Counted from the first letter of the stretch, positions 37,807 to 47,950 are shown. The stretch: 64,000 nucleotides of DNA from Candidatus Adlerbacteria bacterium (GCA_043784925.1 JAYVXU010000025.1:22649-86648); one strand, 5' to 3'. Numbers and translations are program-made. Notes: generated from the sequence alone by a model not told the origin.

Positions 37807-38262
37807 ATGAAAAAAACAACTCTACAACTTACTCTTTTCATCGGAATCATTTTGATGAGTGTGGGAACTCCTGCATTTGCTGCTACAAAAACACACATCA
37901 AAAAGCATACTTCAAACACAGGAACTCAGGTAGTAGTGCCTCCTTCTTCGACTAGTGCTGCGTCTTCATCTGAGGCACAAGGATCTACAGAACTTCAGAG
38001 TACCTCTACCACTACTTCCCATGAGTACGCTGCAGCAGTTCTTGGCGTAACTCTAGGTTCCCCAGATTCTAATCAGCCAGGTGCTCCCGTATATTCGCTT
38101 TCTAATAAGTTGACTCTACTGCAAACACAAGTGTACACGGTCCTTATACTACTCCTTGTGGTGCTTGGTATTTTCCTTATAAGTGAGTTAGACATTGTTG
38201 AAGCTTCTGCTTTACTTCGACAGGTATTTACCGGACCCCAGAGTCGTCGCGCGCTACAATAA
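37807..38262 (+). CDS. Ser/Thr-rich exported protein with C-terminal TM
   Basis: Signal AFA, S/T tract, TM. Confidence 0.7.
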   Translation: MKKTTLQLTLFIGIILMSVGTPAFAATKTHIKKHTSNTGTQVVVPPSSTSAASSSEAQGSTELQSTSTTTSHEYAAAVLGVTLGSPDSNQPGAPVYSLSNKLTLLQTQVYTVLILLLVVLGIFLISELDIVEASALLRQVFTGPQSRRALQ

Positions 38263-38274
38263 ATTATTTCCACT

Positions 38275-39498
38275 ATGATTACTCGACTATTCGGCTCAAT
38301 ACTGCTATGTATCGCACTCATATTGGCGGTTGTTGTTGTATACCGAAATAGTGGAGCGGGGGAAGTGCCTCTTATCTTTTCTCCGGTGCAGTTGCTCAGT
38401 GCTACATGGCTTACGTACACTCAGTCGTATGTAGAGCCTAATACCTATCGAACAATTGATACCCAAAGAGGTGTCACCACTTCGGAAGGTCAGAGTTACA
38501 CGATGCTTCGCTCAGCATGGATGGCTGATAGAAAAACCTTTGACGGGTCTTGGAAATGGACTCAAACAAATATGTATCATACCAACGATCACTTGCTTGC
38601 ATGGTTATGGGGAAAAAAACCAGACGGTACCTACGGAGTCCTTCTTGAACAAAATGGCGAAACAAGTGCAAGTGACGCTGACACTGACCTAGCGTTGTCC
38701 CTGGTGTTTGCGTACGCGCGTTGGCAAGACCCACAGTATTTAGTGGACGCTCGAAATATTATCCAAGACATCTGGGCAAAAGAAGTTATCGAAATTAATG
38801 GTGAGCCTTATTTGACTGCGGATGATCTTGAAAAGAATTCTAAAGGTGAATACGCGATAATTAACCCATCCTACTTGAGCCCGGCCGCATATAAAATATT
38901 TGCCCAAGTTGACCCCGCACACCCCTGGAGTCGGGTAGCTGACACATCGTACAAGCTCCTAGCACAAAGTATTGATTTACCGTTTGATACACCGGGGAGT
39001 GCGCATCTTCCACCTGATTGGATACAAATTGACAAAAAGACTGGGGATATATCAGCAATTGAAAATACTACAAATACCTCTCGTTTTGGTTTCGATGCTT
39101 TGCGTGTGCCGTATCGCGTAGCACTTGACTGGGAGTGGTTTAAGGACGAACGTGCTAAAAGTACACTTCAAAAAATGAATTTCCTGTCCTTGCAGTGGAA
39201 TAAAAACCACACACTCTCTTCAACCTATACCCACGATGGCCAAGTCTTTACTGCGTCTGAGGCTCCAGCTATGTATGGAGGCACAATTGGGTACTTCATC
39301 GTGGCTGGACCAGCGAGTGTTGCCTCAGATGTGTATCATCAAAAATTAGTATTTTTGTATGATCCTGGAGCAAACACCTGGAAAGAACCGCTTTCCTACT
39401 ATGACGATAACTGGGTTTGGTTTGGCATCGCACTGTATAACCACCTTCTGCCTAACCTTGCCGCTTCACTTCCACCTTCTGCCTTTATTCAAAATTAA
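38275..39498 (+). CDS. Glycoside hydrolase family 8 (BcsZ-like endoglucanase)
   Basis: TTSEGQSY, SASDAD, NPSY, FDALRV, YYD motifs. Confidence 0.92.
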   Translation: MITRLFGSILLCIALILAVVVVYRNSGAGEVPLIFSPVQLLSATWLTYTQSYVEPNTYRTIDTQRGVTTSEGQSYTMLRSAWMADRKTFDGSWKWTQTNMYHTNDHLLAWLWGKKPDGTYGVLLEQNGETSASDADTDLALSLVFAYARWQDPQYLVDARNIIQDIWAKEVIEINGEPYLTADDLEKNSKGEYAIINPSYLSPAAYKIFAQVDPAHPWSRVADTSYKLLAQSIDLPFDTPGSAHLPPDWIQIDKKTGDISAIENTTNTSRFGFDALRVPYRVALDWEWFKDERAKSTLQKMNFLSLQWNKNHTLSSTYTHDGQVFTASEAPAMYGGTIGYFIVAGPASVASDVYHQKLVFLYDPGANTWKEPLSYYDDNWVWFGIALYNHLLPNLAASLPPSAFIQN

Positions 39499-39518
39499 TA
39501 ACTAATATAAGCACTACC

Positions 39519-41090
39519 ATGAGCCCGTACGAAGAAAAAGACTACATACACATGAAAAAGGATTTCCTTAAGACAGATGCTCCAAAAGCATTACTTATTT
39601 TCAATGCATTTTTTGCAGGGTTGTATTTTGTGATGATCACTTTCTTTTTTACGGTGGATAATAAAATCCTTTTTTATCTTCTTGTAGCGGGGGAAGTGTT
39701 TCACCTTTGGCAAGTATTTACTTTCCTTTACACCATTTGGGACACTTCGTACGTGTCTCCAAAAACAACACGTACCAGGCCGGGGGTCGACGTGTTCATT
39801 ACCGTAGCGGGGGAGCCGGTCGAGTTAGTTGAAAAAACAATTACGGCAGCTCAAGCCATGAACTATCCAGATTTTGAAATTCATATTCTCAATGATGGTT
39901 TTGTAGCAAATCGTGATAATTGGCGAGACATTGAGGCTCTTTCCTCGCGCCTTGGGGTGCATTGTATTACCCGCACGATCCCCGGAGGTGCAAAGGCGGG
40001 GAACATTAACAATGCTTTGAAGTTGACTGAGCGTCCTTTGGTTGCTATTTTTGACGCCGACCATGTGCCACATTCTGATTTCTTAACAAAAACAGCTGCA
40101 TACTTTACCGACGCAAAGGTTGGGTTTGTGCAGACCCCACAGTTTTACAAAAACTATGCAGAAAATTATTTAACGCGTAGCTCCTGGGAACAACAAGAGC
40201 TCTTCTTTGGGCCTATATGTAAAGGAAAAAATAGACTCAATAGTGCAACTATGTGCGGCACTAATATGCTTATTTCTCGCACGGCCCTTGAGGTTGTCGG
40301 AGGCATGTATACTGAGTCGATTGCAGAAGATTTTGTGACGGGGCTTATAATGCACTCTCGGGGGTATCGCTCTGTATACCATGGCGAAGTACTTGCAGAA
40401 GGCCTTGCCACTGAGGATCTTCTTTCCTACTCAAAACAACAATTTAGATGGGCACGTGGGGCTTTGGATGTTATCTTTCGCTTTAATCCATTCTTTATGC
40501 GGGGCCTGACGTTTGCGCAAAGAATCCAGTACATTTCTTCAGCAAGTTTCTATCTGTCAGGAATTTTCGTCGTGATAGATGCACTCCTTCCCATCGTCTA
40601 CTTCTTTACGGGTCAGGTTGCGGTCCATTTAAACAGCATGTTGCTTGCGACCATATTCTTGCCATACTTCTTCTTGACTATGTATGTGATCCAACGCTCT
40701 TCAAACTTTACCTTTACCTTTCCGAGCCTCGGATTTTCCATGGGTGGATTTAATATCCATCTTCGCGCCTTGTACTCGGCGGTAACATTCCAAAAAGCAG
40801 CATTTTCTATTACTCAAAAATATAAAGAAGAAGGGAACTTCCTCCCCTTGGTGAAGTGGCATATAGCCTACATTGTGCTTGTGGTTGTTGGAGTTGGGGT
40901 TGCGTTTGTCCGCGAAGGTTTGTCTGCATCGCTTATAAATAACGCTGCGTGGGGATTGCTCAATAGTATTGTCCTCATACCGTTCATTAAGGCCGCACTT
41001 CCTGACCGCGCAGATTCTCCAGCTTTAGCTATGCCCAAACCACACCTGCAGCTTCGAAAGAAAAAAATATATGGCACAACTGAGAACTAA
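39519..41090 (+). CDS. Cellulose synthase catalytic subunit-like GT2 (BcsA-like, no PilZ)
   Basis: KAGN, FDADH, QTPQ, AED, QQFRW motifs with flanking TMs. Confidence 0.88.
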   Translation: MSPYEEKDYIHMKKDFLKTDAPKALLIFNAFFAGLYFVMITFFFTVDNKILFYLLVAGEVFHLWQVFTFLYTIWDTSYVSPKTTRTRPGVDVFITVAGEPVELVEKTITAAQAMNYPDFEIHILNDGFVANRDNWRDIEALSSRLGVHCITRTIPGGAKAGNINNALKLTERPLVAIFDADHVPHSDFLTKTAAYFTDAKVGFVQTPQFYKNYAENYLTRSSWEQQELFFGPICKGKNRLNSATMCGTNMLISRTALEVVGGMYTESIAEDFVTGLIMHSRGYRSVYHGEVLAEGLATEDLLSYSKQQFRWARGALDVIFRFNPFFMRGLTFAQRIQYISSASFYLSGIFVVIDALLPIVYFFTGQVAVHLNSMLLATIFLPYFFLTMYVIQRSSNFTFTFPSLGFSMGGFNIHLRALYSAVTFQKAAFSITQKYKEEGNFLPLVKWHIAYIVLVVVGVGVAFVREGLSASLINNAAWGLLNSIVLIPFIKAALPDRADSPALAMPKPHLQLRKKKIYGTTEN

Positions 41091-42594
41091 AACAATCGCG
41101 CTACTACTCACTATGATGAGTGTGCCCATACTTCTGTCGTACTTTTTCTTCATGAGTCAAAGTTTACGACTCGATGAGTCGCAAAGTTTGTGGCAAACCA
41201 GTCGAAACGTACTTGATATATTTTCCATTGTAGCAGGTGACGTCCATGTTCCTCTGTTCCACATATTGCTCCATTTTTGGATTCTTCTCTTTGGAGAAAC
41301 AGTGCAAATTGCTCGAGGTATGTCGCTTTTCTTCTTCCTTTTGAGTATCCCCGCGCTGTATGTGCTCGGGAAGTACGCCTATGACCGAACGGTCGGACTT
41401 TTTGCTGCGCTCCTTTTTTCTATTTCTCCATTCATGAATTGGTATGGAAATGAGATACGAATGTACACCTTGTTTACTTTTTGTGTGATTTTAAATCATT
41501 TCTTTTTTCTGCATATTTTTAAAGCAAATCTATCTAAAGTCACACCGCAAAATCGAAAAATCAAAGATAGTATGTGGGTCGGCTATACCCTCACTGCAGT
41601 TGTCGGTGTTTTTTCGCACTACTTCTTCTTCCTTATTTTGGCGTCGCAGCTTGTATTTTATTTTTTGCGTCGAGACTTGTTTTCGTCAGGCACTCTACAG
41701 AGGTTGGGAGTGGCAGCAGCCGTAGTGCTCGGCACCATTGCTCCTTGGGGTTGGTACGTGCTCCATAAAGGCCAGGCAGCTTTTCAAGAACCAACACTTG
41801 GCACACCAACAACGGTTAACTTGTTTAGTTCAGTTGCTCAATTTATGTTTGGTTTCCAAAGTGACAAGATAAACACTTTCTTCCTTTCTCTCTGGCCCGT
41901 GAGTGTGATCTTTGGTCTGTTTGCTTTACGGCGAGGTCAAAAAATGCAGCCAGAGACCGAATATTTTCTGGTGGCCGTTGTGGTACCTTTTTTCCTCGCT
42001 TTCTTTGGAAGTTTTATACTGGCTCCTATCTTTGTGAGCCGCTATTTAATATTTACCGTACCACCATTGTACCTCCTTATCTCAAAGGTCTGTAGTAATT
42101 ATTCTCCACGGATGGCCACGACACTTCGGTATGTGCTTGTTGGGGTCATGATATGTACTTTGCTTATTGAAATCGCAAATTCGCAAGCTCCCGTTAAAGA
42201 GAATTATAAAGATGCTGCGCAATATTTAACAACACACGCAACAGTGCAAGATGTGATTGTGTTGTCGGCCCCTTTTACCATATATCCTATTCAATATTAT
42301 TATCGCGGTGCGGTACCGGTGAAGACATTGCCTGAATGGAATCAGTATGCGTACGGACCTATACCATCGTTTAATGAGTCGACTCTTCCCGCGCAAGCAA
42401 CAGAGGTTGCTGACAAAAGTCAAAATCTGTACCTACTTCTCAGCTATGACCAAGGATACGAAAATAAAATTCGCGTGTATTTCGACACACATTACCAGCG
42501 TACTGACCAAAAGAACTTTTCTAATGGGTTAAATCTGTATGTGTATCGTTTGCGGTATGACACCGGTTTGTCGGCCATAAGTTCCAATAAATAA
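41071..42594 (+). CDS. GT-C glycosyltransferase (PMT/GT39/ArnT-like)
   Basis: SLRLDE, DVHVPLF, EIRMY, RYL motifs, multiple TMs. Confidence 0.85.
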   Translation: MAQLRTKTIALLLTMMSVPILLSYFFFMSQSLRLDESQSLWQTSRNVLDIFSIVAGDVHVPLFHILLHFWILLFGETVQIARGMSLFFFLLSIPALYVLGKYAYDRTVGLFAALLFSISPFMNWYGNEIRMYTLFTFCVILNHFFFLHIFKANLSKVTPQNRKIKDSMWVGYTLTAVVGVFSHYFFFLILASQLVFYFLRRDLFSSGTLQRLGVAAAVVLGTIAPWGWYVLHKGQAAFQEPTLGTPTTVNLFSSVAQFMFGFQSDKINTFFLSLWPVSVIFGLFALRRGQKMQPETEYFLVAVVVPFFLAFFGSFILAPIFVSRYLIFTVPPLYLLISKVCSNYSPRMATTLRYVLVGVMICTLLIEIANSQAPVKENYKDAAQYLTTHATVQDVIVLSAPFTIYPIQYYYRGAVPVKTLPEWNQYAYGPIPSFNESTLPAQATEVADKSQNLYLLLSYDQGYENKIRVYFDTHYQRTDQKNFSNGLNLYVYRLRYDTGLSAISSNK

Positions 42595-42605
42595 AAAAGC
42601 AGGTG

Positions 42606-43112
42606 CTACTCCTCCTGTGTAAGAGTCAAAAGGGAAGCAGCGCTCCATGCTTGCACGCAACATGCTCCTTGACCACATAGGTCAGGGCTTAAGAGTCGTT
42701 TAACAACATGAGGAATGTATTCGGTTTTGAGTATGCAGTCAAGTGAGCCGTCCTGAGCTTTTGTTGTAGCAAAAAAACAATGTCCCATACTTGACCGAGC
42801 GGAGGTAAGTGGACGGCCCGTACCATCGAGTGCAAACGCTAATGATATAGGTCCAGCGCCGTGCAATATAAACGACTGATTGAACCTCTCTTTAAGCGCC
42901 ATTGCTTCCTGTATGAGCTCCTGACCACGCGTAGTATCAGAATGTAGAATAATTAGATACCCCATGCGTGTAAAGCTGCGTACGCGTACCCTCGGGCCTC
43001 TACTGGGGCTATTGGATATTGTGGTCGTTCGTCATAATTTTCAAAAAATACTGATTCTGTTGAATCCATCCAACTTTGCGTGCGAAGTACACCCAAATGT
43101 ACGTTTTGGGTC
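42606..43112 (-). pseudogene. Decayed amylo-alpha-1,6-glucosidase (glycogen debranching enzyme-like) fragment
   Basis: Across frames: LRTQSWMDS, PIAPVEARGYAYAAL, LKERF, AFALDG, SSMGH, ACCVQAWSAA; frameshifts and an internal deletion. Confidence 0.75.
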
Positions 43113-43365
43113 GTACGCGAGCCCTAAGTTGAGTAATGTCCAATAATTAACTCCATACAGATCTTTCACACGCGCTTCACGAAGTGCGCGAGGGTAGACA
43201 GATTCAAGCCGGGACGAGCTCATAGAGTCGCCAGATGCAAAAAGGGTTACCTCGTGCGCTCGTCGTACTAGCTCTTCTGTAAGTCCATATACAACTCTTT
43301 CAGTACCACCATATTTTTTAGGTGGTACGCGCTCCGCTATGGGAGCGATCTGTGCAGATTTTCAT
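43113..43365 (-). pseudogene. Truncated GT4 glycosyltransferase
   Basis: MKI(+1 nt)AQIAPIAERVPPKKYGGTERVV...HEVTLFASGDS; ATG overlaps the stop of the upstream gene. Confidence 0.85.
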
Positions 43366-44564
43366 TACCGCTCTACAATGTCGTAGTCAGATGAATGCTT
43401 TATGAAGACTAAATCGACATAGAGGATGCCGATGGCTATAAGCATCATAACGCTAGGGATCCTCAAATCCGGATGTAGGCCTGCGAACCAAGATACTTGA
43501 GATAAATAGGGCATGTATGCCACTAATGAAGCGCCAACAATAAATACGGGTATAAACCAGCGAGATGGTCTATAGAAGACATATATAACGGAAAAGAGAT
43601 CTGCTAAATAAAAATATCGCTCATGCATGCGAGGAAGTAAGTAAGGGAGTACTGCCACACAGAGGGTGGAAATAAGCACGAGAGTCGGCACATTCATTTC
43701 TTTTTTCAGATATACATATACGGTAATAATCAGAGCACAGAGGATAGCCACAACAAGACCAGCGGCAAATAAAGTTTGCTCAGAAAGGCCAAAAATATCG
43801 GCATGTAGTATCGCAAATATATTTTGAGCCGAGACACTAAGAGATGTGTACTCACTGGACTGGCGAGCGTACACCAGCAAAAGGTCGCCCAGTGACCCGC
43901 CGCCAAGCCGGGCGGGGATTATGGATAGAAAATAAATGCAAGGAATAGCTAGTAAATATCCAGCACTACTTTCTTTTCGCAAACAATAGCCAATGAGCAC
44001 GGGTAAGAAAAATATTGCTTGTAACTTGCAAGAAAGAGCAACAGACAAACTGACCACGGCCGAAAGGGGCATGTCGCGAATAATAAAGTAGAGGCAAAGT
44101 ACTACCCCGGCCGCATATATAGAGTCAGACTGTCCCCAAGTGGCACCGTTAAGCACCAGGGTCGGAATAGAAAACATTACCGCAAATATAAAAAATAATT
44201 TTTCTTTGGGGTAGTTTTCTTTCGTGGTGTATTTAATCAGTCTATAAGTTATGTATGCGATGAGGACGTCAAACAAGACGGACATGGTTTTAGTGCTGTA
44301 GAGGCTGGATACGGGAATAAAGGTGAGGAGTTTGAGAAGATATAAGTAGAGTGGAGCATAATCAGAAAAACGCTGGGTAAATGCAGTAAGTCCTGGGTGC
44401 TCTTGGAGTACGACAAACCACTTGCTTACAAAGTAAATGTAATCCGAGGTCTGAATAGGGTAGGAGATTAACCTAAAAAGTACTGACAGTATAAGTAGTG
44501 CACTTCCACCAAAGTAGCCCGTCCATATGGAAGGGCTACTGCGAGGCGTTGTCCCCAATAGCAT
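43365..44564 (-). CDS. GT-C glycosyltransferase (GT87/DUF2029-like)
   Basis: DYAPLY, WGQSDS, KLQ, PRMHERYF motifs, multiple TMs. Confidence 0.85.
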   Translation of the reverse strand: MLLGTTPRSSPSIWTGYFGGSALLILSVLFRLISYPIQTSDYIYFVSKWFVVLQEHPGLTAFTQRFSDYAPLYLYLLKLLTFIPVSSLYSTKTMSVLFDVLIAYITYRLIKYTTKENYPKEKLFFIFAVMFSIPTLVLNGATWGQSDSIYAAGVVLCLYFIIRDMPLSAVVSLSVALSCKLQAIFFLPVLIGYCLRKESSAGYLLAIPCIYFLSIIPARLGGGSLGDLLLVYARQSSEYTSLSVSAQNIFAILHADIFGLSEQTLFAAGLVVAILCALIITVYVYLKKEMNVPTLVLISTLCVAVLPYLLPRMHERYFYLADLFSVIYVFYRPSRWFIPVFIVGASLVAYMPYLSQVSWFAGLHPDLRIPSVMMLIAIGILYVDLVFIKHSSDYDIVER

Positions 44565-44613
44565 GTCTCTACTGTAACATCTATTCTAGAACTTTCAAGT
44601 GACAGGACCGGTA

Positions 44614-45990
44614 CTAGTGCTGAGCGTTTTGTACTAATTTCACTGCGTAATCAGGCCACCAAGTACCTGCACCTGGGCCACCGTTACAATACCCGTCACT
44701 TTCTCCTGGGACTTTAAGCCATAAGTAGGCGTCTATAAGCGGGTTCCCACTTGCCGATGTGGGGGTGGGCCCAATAGCGCTTCCTGTTGGGTTACACCAC
44801 TGCCCATTACTTCCAGCGCCATTGCGAGAAGTATCAATGATAAAATGTTTCCCCCCAACTTTCTGACTCACGTCACCCCCGTACTGAGCTTCGTTGTTGG
44901 TTGAAATAAAGTTTGAAACATTGACGGCAAAACCGTCTGCATTTTTTATGCCTGCATCATTTAGTCTTTGGCCCATAACTCCTGCTTCTATCCAGTTAGA
45001 ATGTCCGGCATCAATGTAAACTTTGGTATTAGCATTCCTTTTGAGAATAGAAGTTGCTTGTGAGATGAGGGATAAACGGGTTGACTGGTCGTTTGATGAT
45101 AAGCATCCCATCTGAGACAAAGCGTCAGGTTCAAGTATAACTATCGCTTTTCCTGAGCCAATGCCCTGGGCCAAGTTGGTAATCCAGTTTATATACCCGT
45201 CTGGGTTGTTTGAGCCACCACTTGAGTAACCTCCACAGTCGCGCTGAGGGATATTATAGGCCACCAGAAGGGCTGCAGTATTTTGATTTGTAGCTGCTGA
45301 CACTAAAGCGCGAACATCGTTTTGAACATTACTGTTCCAATCTCCAAACCATTTTGCCGTTGGTTGTGTAGCGAGCAAGTTCATGGCTGAAGAACCGGTG
45401 GGGTAATTTTGCCAAACGCTTTTTTGTTGGGCAGCTTTTGAATTTGGGTCTACGTATAATTTAATATCTTGAACGGGGTTTTGAGTTATATTCGGTGTAG
45501 GCAGGGGAGAGGGCGCAGGAGTTGGCGCAAGTTGGGGCGCAGGAGCCGGAGTAAAACTTGCAGTACTTACGGGGTCGATGTACACCGCAACTGATTGCTG
45601 TCCTATTATCACACCATTTTTTCGCGCAATAAAGTTAATGCTGTATGGACCATTGCCGTGCCAATTCCACGCGGTCACATCAACGGAGGCTTCTTTGTGT
45701 GGGTAACCGACGGAAGAGGTGTCCATAACATTCCACTTTCCTCCGTCAACTTCCCAGAGCATGTCATATTGAGATGCGTCTAGCCCAGTGACGACGGCTT
45801 TAAAAGGCTGCACTCCTTGCAAGTGAGCACCACTGGTTGGCCACCATACTTCGATAGGCATAGATGCTGCGTGTGCTGATAGAGGAATTGCACTAGTAAA
45901 GATAAAACTAAAAATTGTTACTACTGATAAAATTACATTACTAATTATTTTTTTACTATATGGATTTATTTTTTCAATCATCATTGTCAC
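44614..45990 (-). CDS. Secreted glycoside hydrolase family 6 with N-terminal Ig-like domain and Pro linker
   Basis: YNIPQRDCG, ILEPDAL, DAGHSNW, NVSNF, IDTSRNG, WCNP, KVPGESDG motifs. Confidence 0.93.
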   Translation of the reverse strand: MTMMIEKINPYSKKIISNVILSVVTIFSFIFTSAIPLSAHAASMPIEVWWPTSGAHLQGVQPFKAVVTGLDASQYDMLWEVDGGKWNVMDTSSVGYPHKEASVDVTAWNWHGNGPYSINFIARKNGVIIGQQSVAVYIDPVSTASFTPAPAPQLAPTPAPSPLPTPNITQNPVQDIKLYVDPNSKAAQQKSVWQNYPTGSSAMNLLATQPTAKWFGDWNSNVQNDVRALVSAATNQNTAALLVAYNIPQRDCGGYSSGGSNNPDGYINWITNLAQGIGSGKAIVILEPDALSQMGCLSSNDQSTRLSLISQATSILKRNANTKVYIDAGHSNWIEAGVMGQRLNDAGIKNADGFAVNVSNFISTNNEAQYGGDVSQKVGGKHFIIDTSRNGAGSNGQWCNPTGSAIGPTPTSASGNPLIDAYLWLKVPGESDGYCNGGPGAGTWWPDYAVKLVQNAQH

Positions 45991-46178
45991 TACAAAGTGT
46001 AGCGTTGATGAAAGATTGACAGCAATAGAATTTGTATCCTCAGATGAAGATTTGATTAAAAAGCTTTATATAGAGCCTCAGGATATCTTCATAAATGAAG
46101 CTGAAGAACACATTTGTCTGAATTTTGTCTTTTTTCACATCAGATTCAGGTACTTTTGCGATAGTAACTGAAGTCTGC

Positions 46179-46222
46179 AGAACGACTTAAGAACGACTTA
46201 AAAGAGATACCAAAGAGATACC
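46179..46222 (+). repeat. Two abutting 11-bp tandem duplications
   Basis: AGAACGACTTA x2 then AAAGAGATACC x2. Confidence 0.9.
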
Positions 46223-46266
46223 AATTAATTTATTTTTTACACATTTAGCTCAACTCGTTACACTAT

Positions 46267-47337
46267 TTAGAAATACCCTCCTTTTTTATATTGAGAAAAA
46301 TCCATAGTAATTTCATTTTCACGTTGTTCTTGAGCTTCAGCTGGGGAAGGAGCGATTGTATAGCGAGCAGGTTTGGAAGGAAAATGCACTAAAACAGTAG
46401 TGCCTTGATTAGCAACACTTTTGATAGTTATTTTCCCTCTATGTACGCGCACTAACTCGCTTGCGATAGTAAGTCCTAACCCACTACCCGTTTTAAGCAC
46501 TGTTCTGTCGCGCGAAGTGTCCACTCTATAAAAAGGGTCAAATATGTGCGCAAGATCTTTGGGTGCAATACCAATACCACGGTCTGCTACTGAAAAAACT
46601 ATAGTGCCTCTGTGGTCGGGTTTGACGGACACCACAACCGTTATGCCGCGTCCCTGGGGGGTGTAGCTAATGGCATTTTTTATAATGTTTGTCATTATCT
46701 GCTCGAGCGCAGTTGCATTGCCCCATACAATCCGTGACTTATGTTTCTCGAGCGTGAGGTATACCTCCCTTTCTTTCGCAAAGTCAGAAAGATGATCGGC
46801 TACCTGGTCGAGCAAGGGACCCAAATCAATTTTGGAAAATTCAATTCTCTCAGGACGAGTCAAGGCGTTAAGTGAAAGAAGATTGTTTATTATGTCCGAG
46901 ATTCGCTCGAGTTCGCGCAATACTTCGCTATGCACTTCAAGAGTAGATTCAGGGAGTGTGTCGTCCAGAAGCGCTACTTCAGTCGAGGTCTTAATGGTGG
47001 ACAAGGGGGTACGAAGTTCGTGAGCAATGTTACTGATAAATAATTTTTGATAGTAAAGTATTTCTCGAACCGGTTTAAGAGCAATAGCAGCAAACAGAAG
47101 GGTGCACCCAACAGCACCTATTAGTAGGGCTGCAAAAGCAAAGGCGCTATAGTGCGGCAACCGGGTACTTACAAGGAATGCAAAAAGGCACGTGCTTGCA
47201 AATCCAATTGAAAGAGCACTTAGATTTAAGATAGTGCGGAAAAAGAGATCATTCTTGTACCTCCCCCGTAAGCCGATACCCGACTCCGCGTACTGTCTCA
47301 AAAAGTCTCGCACTGTCTTGTCCTGTATCTGAGCCAT
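46267..47337 (-). CDS. Sensor histidine kinase with two TMs and no extracellular domain
   Basis: AHELRTPL, NIIKNA, DRGIG, GSGLGL motifs; start uncertain, overlaps the regulator. Confidence 0.93.
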   Translation of the reverse strand: MAQIQDKTVRDFLRQYAESGIGLRGRYKNDLFFRTILNLSALSIGFASTCLFAFLVSTRLPHYSAFAFAALLIGAVGCTLLFAAIALKPVREILYYQKLFISNIAHELRTPLSTIKTSTEVALLDDTLPESTLEVHSEVLRELERISDIINNLLSLNALTRPERIEFSKIDLGPLLDQVADHLSDFAKEREVYLTLEKHKSRIVWGNATALEQIMTNIIKNAISYTPQGRGITVVVSVKPDHRGTIVFSVADRGIGIAPKDLAHIFDPFYRVDTSRDRTVLKTGSGLGLTIASELVRVHRGKITIKSVANQGTTVLVHFPSKPARYTIAPSPAEAQEQRENEITMDFSQYKKGGYF

Positions 47338-47950
47338 GTTCTAATTTTTTTCGTAAGTTTTTCATATGAACATCAAGCACGTTGCTCCACGAGAGGGAAT
47401 TGAAATCCCATACATGGTCAAACAAAAATTCTCGTGAAAGTACTTTGTTTGGCTCGCGCATAAAACACTCAAGAAGTGCGAATTCTTTAAGGGTCAACGA
47501 CACTTCAGCCCCGTCTTGTCGTACAACTCGGGTGCCGGTATCCATCTCGAGTGGCCCTACTTTAATAACTACAGACTTGGTGAGTGCAGGCCTTCGAAGT
47601 ACTGAATTCATGCGAGCAAGCAATTCTCCAAAAGAGAAAGGTTTGACGATATAGTCGTCGGCACCTTTATTGAGTAGGTCTATTTTGTGTTCGGTTTCGT
47701 TGCGCGCCGTCAAAATAATAATAGGGGTGGTAACATTTTCGCTTCGCACTTTTTCGGTAATCATTTCACCTCCAATACCAGGTAGCATAAGATCAAGGAT
47801 AATAAGGTCGTACTCGTCTCGGTAGAGTAAAATTCGGCTCAACGCTTTTTCGCTGTCAGACAACCAGTCTACAGCGTAGCCTTTCATTTCAAGGCCTTTT
47901 TTGAGAGCCTTTGCAAGCTTCTCTTCGTCTTCAACTATAAGTAGATGCAT
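47249..47950 (-). CDS. OmpR/PhoB family response regulator
   Basis: VEDE, ILDLMLPG, GADDYIVKPF, ETVRGVGY motifs. Confidence 0.96.
   Translation of the reverse strand: MHLLIVEDEEKLAKALKKGLEMKGYAVDWLSDSEKALSRILLYRDEYDLIILDLMLPGIGGEMITEKVRSENVTTPIIILTARNETEHKIDLLNKGADDYIVKPFSFGELLARMNSVLRRPALTKSVVIKVGPLEMDTGTRVVRQDGAEVSLTLKEFALLECFMREPNKVLSREFLFDHVWDFNSLSWSNVLDVHMKNLRKKLEHGSDTGQDSARLFETVRGVGYRLTGEVQE

Noticed and set aside
46179-46222. CRISPR array
   Set aside because: Only 11-bp tandem pairs, with no spacers and no cas genes
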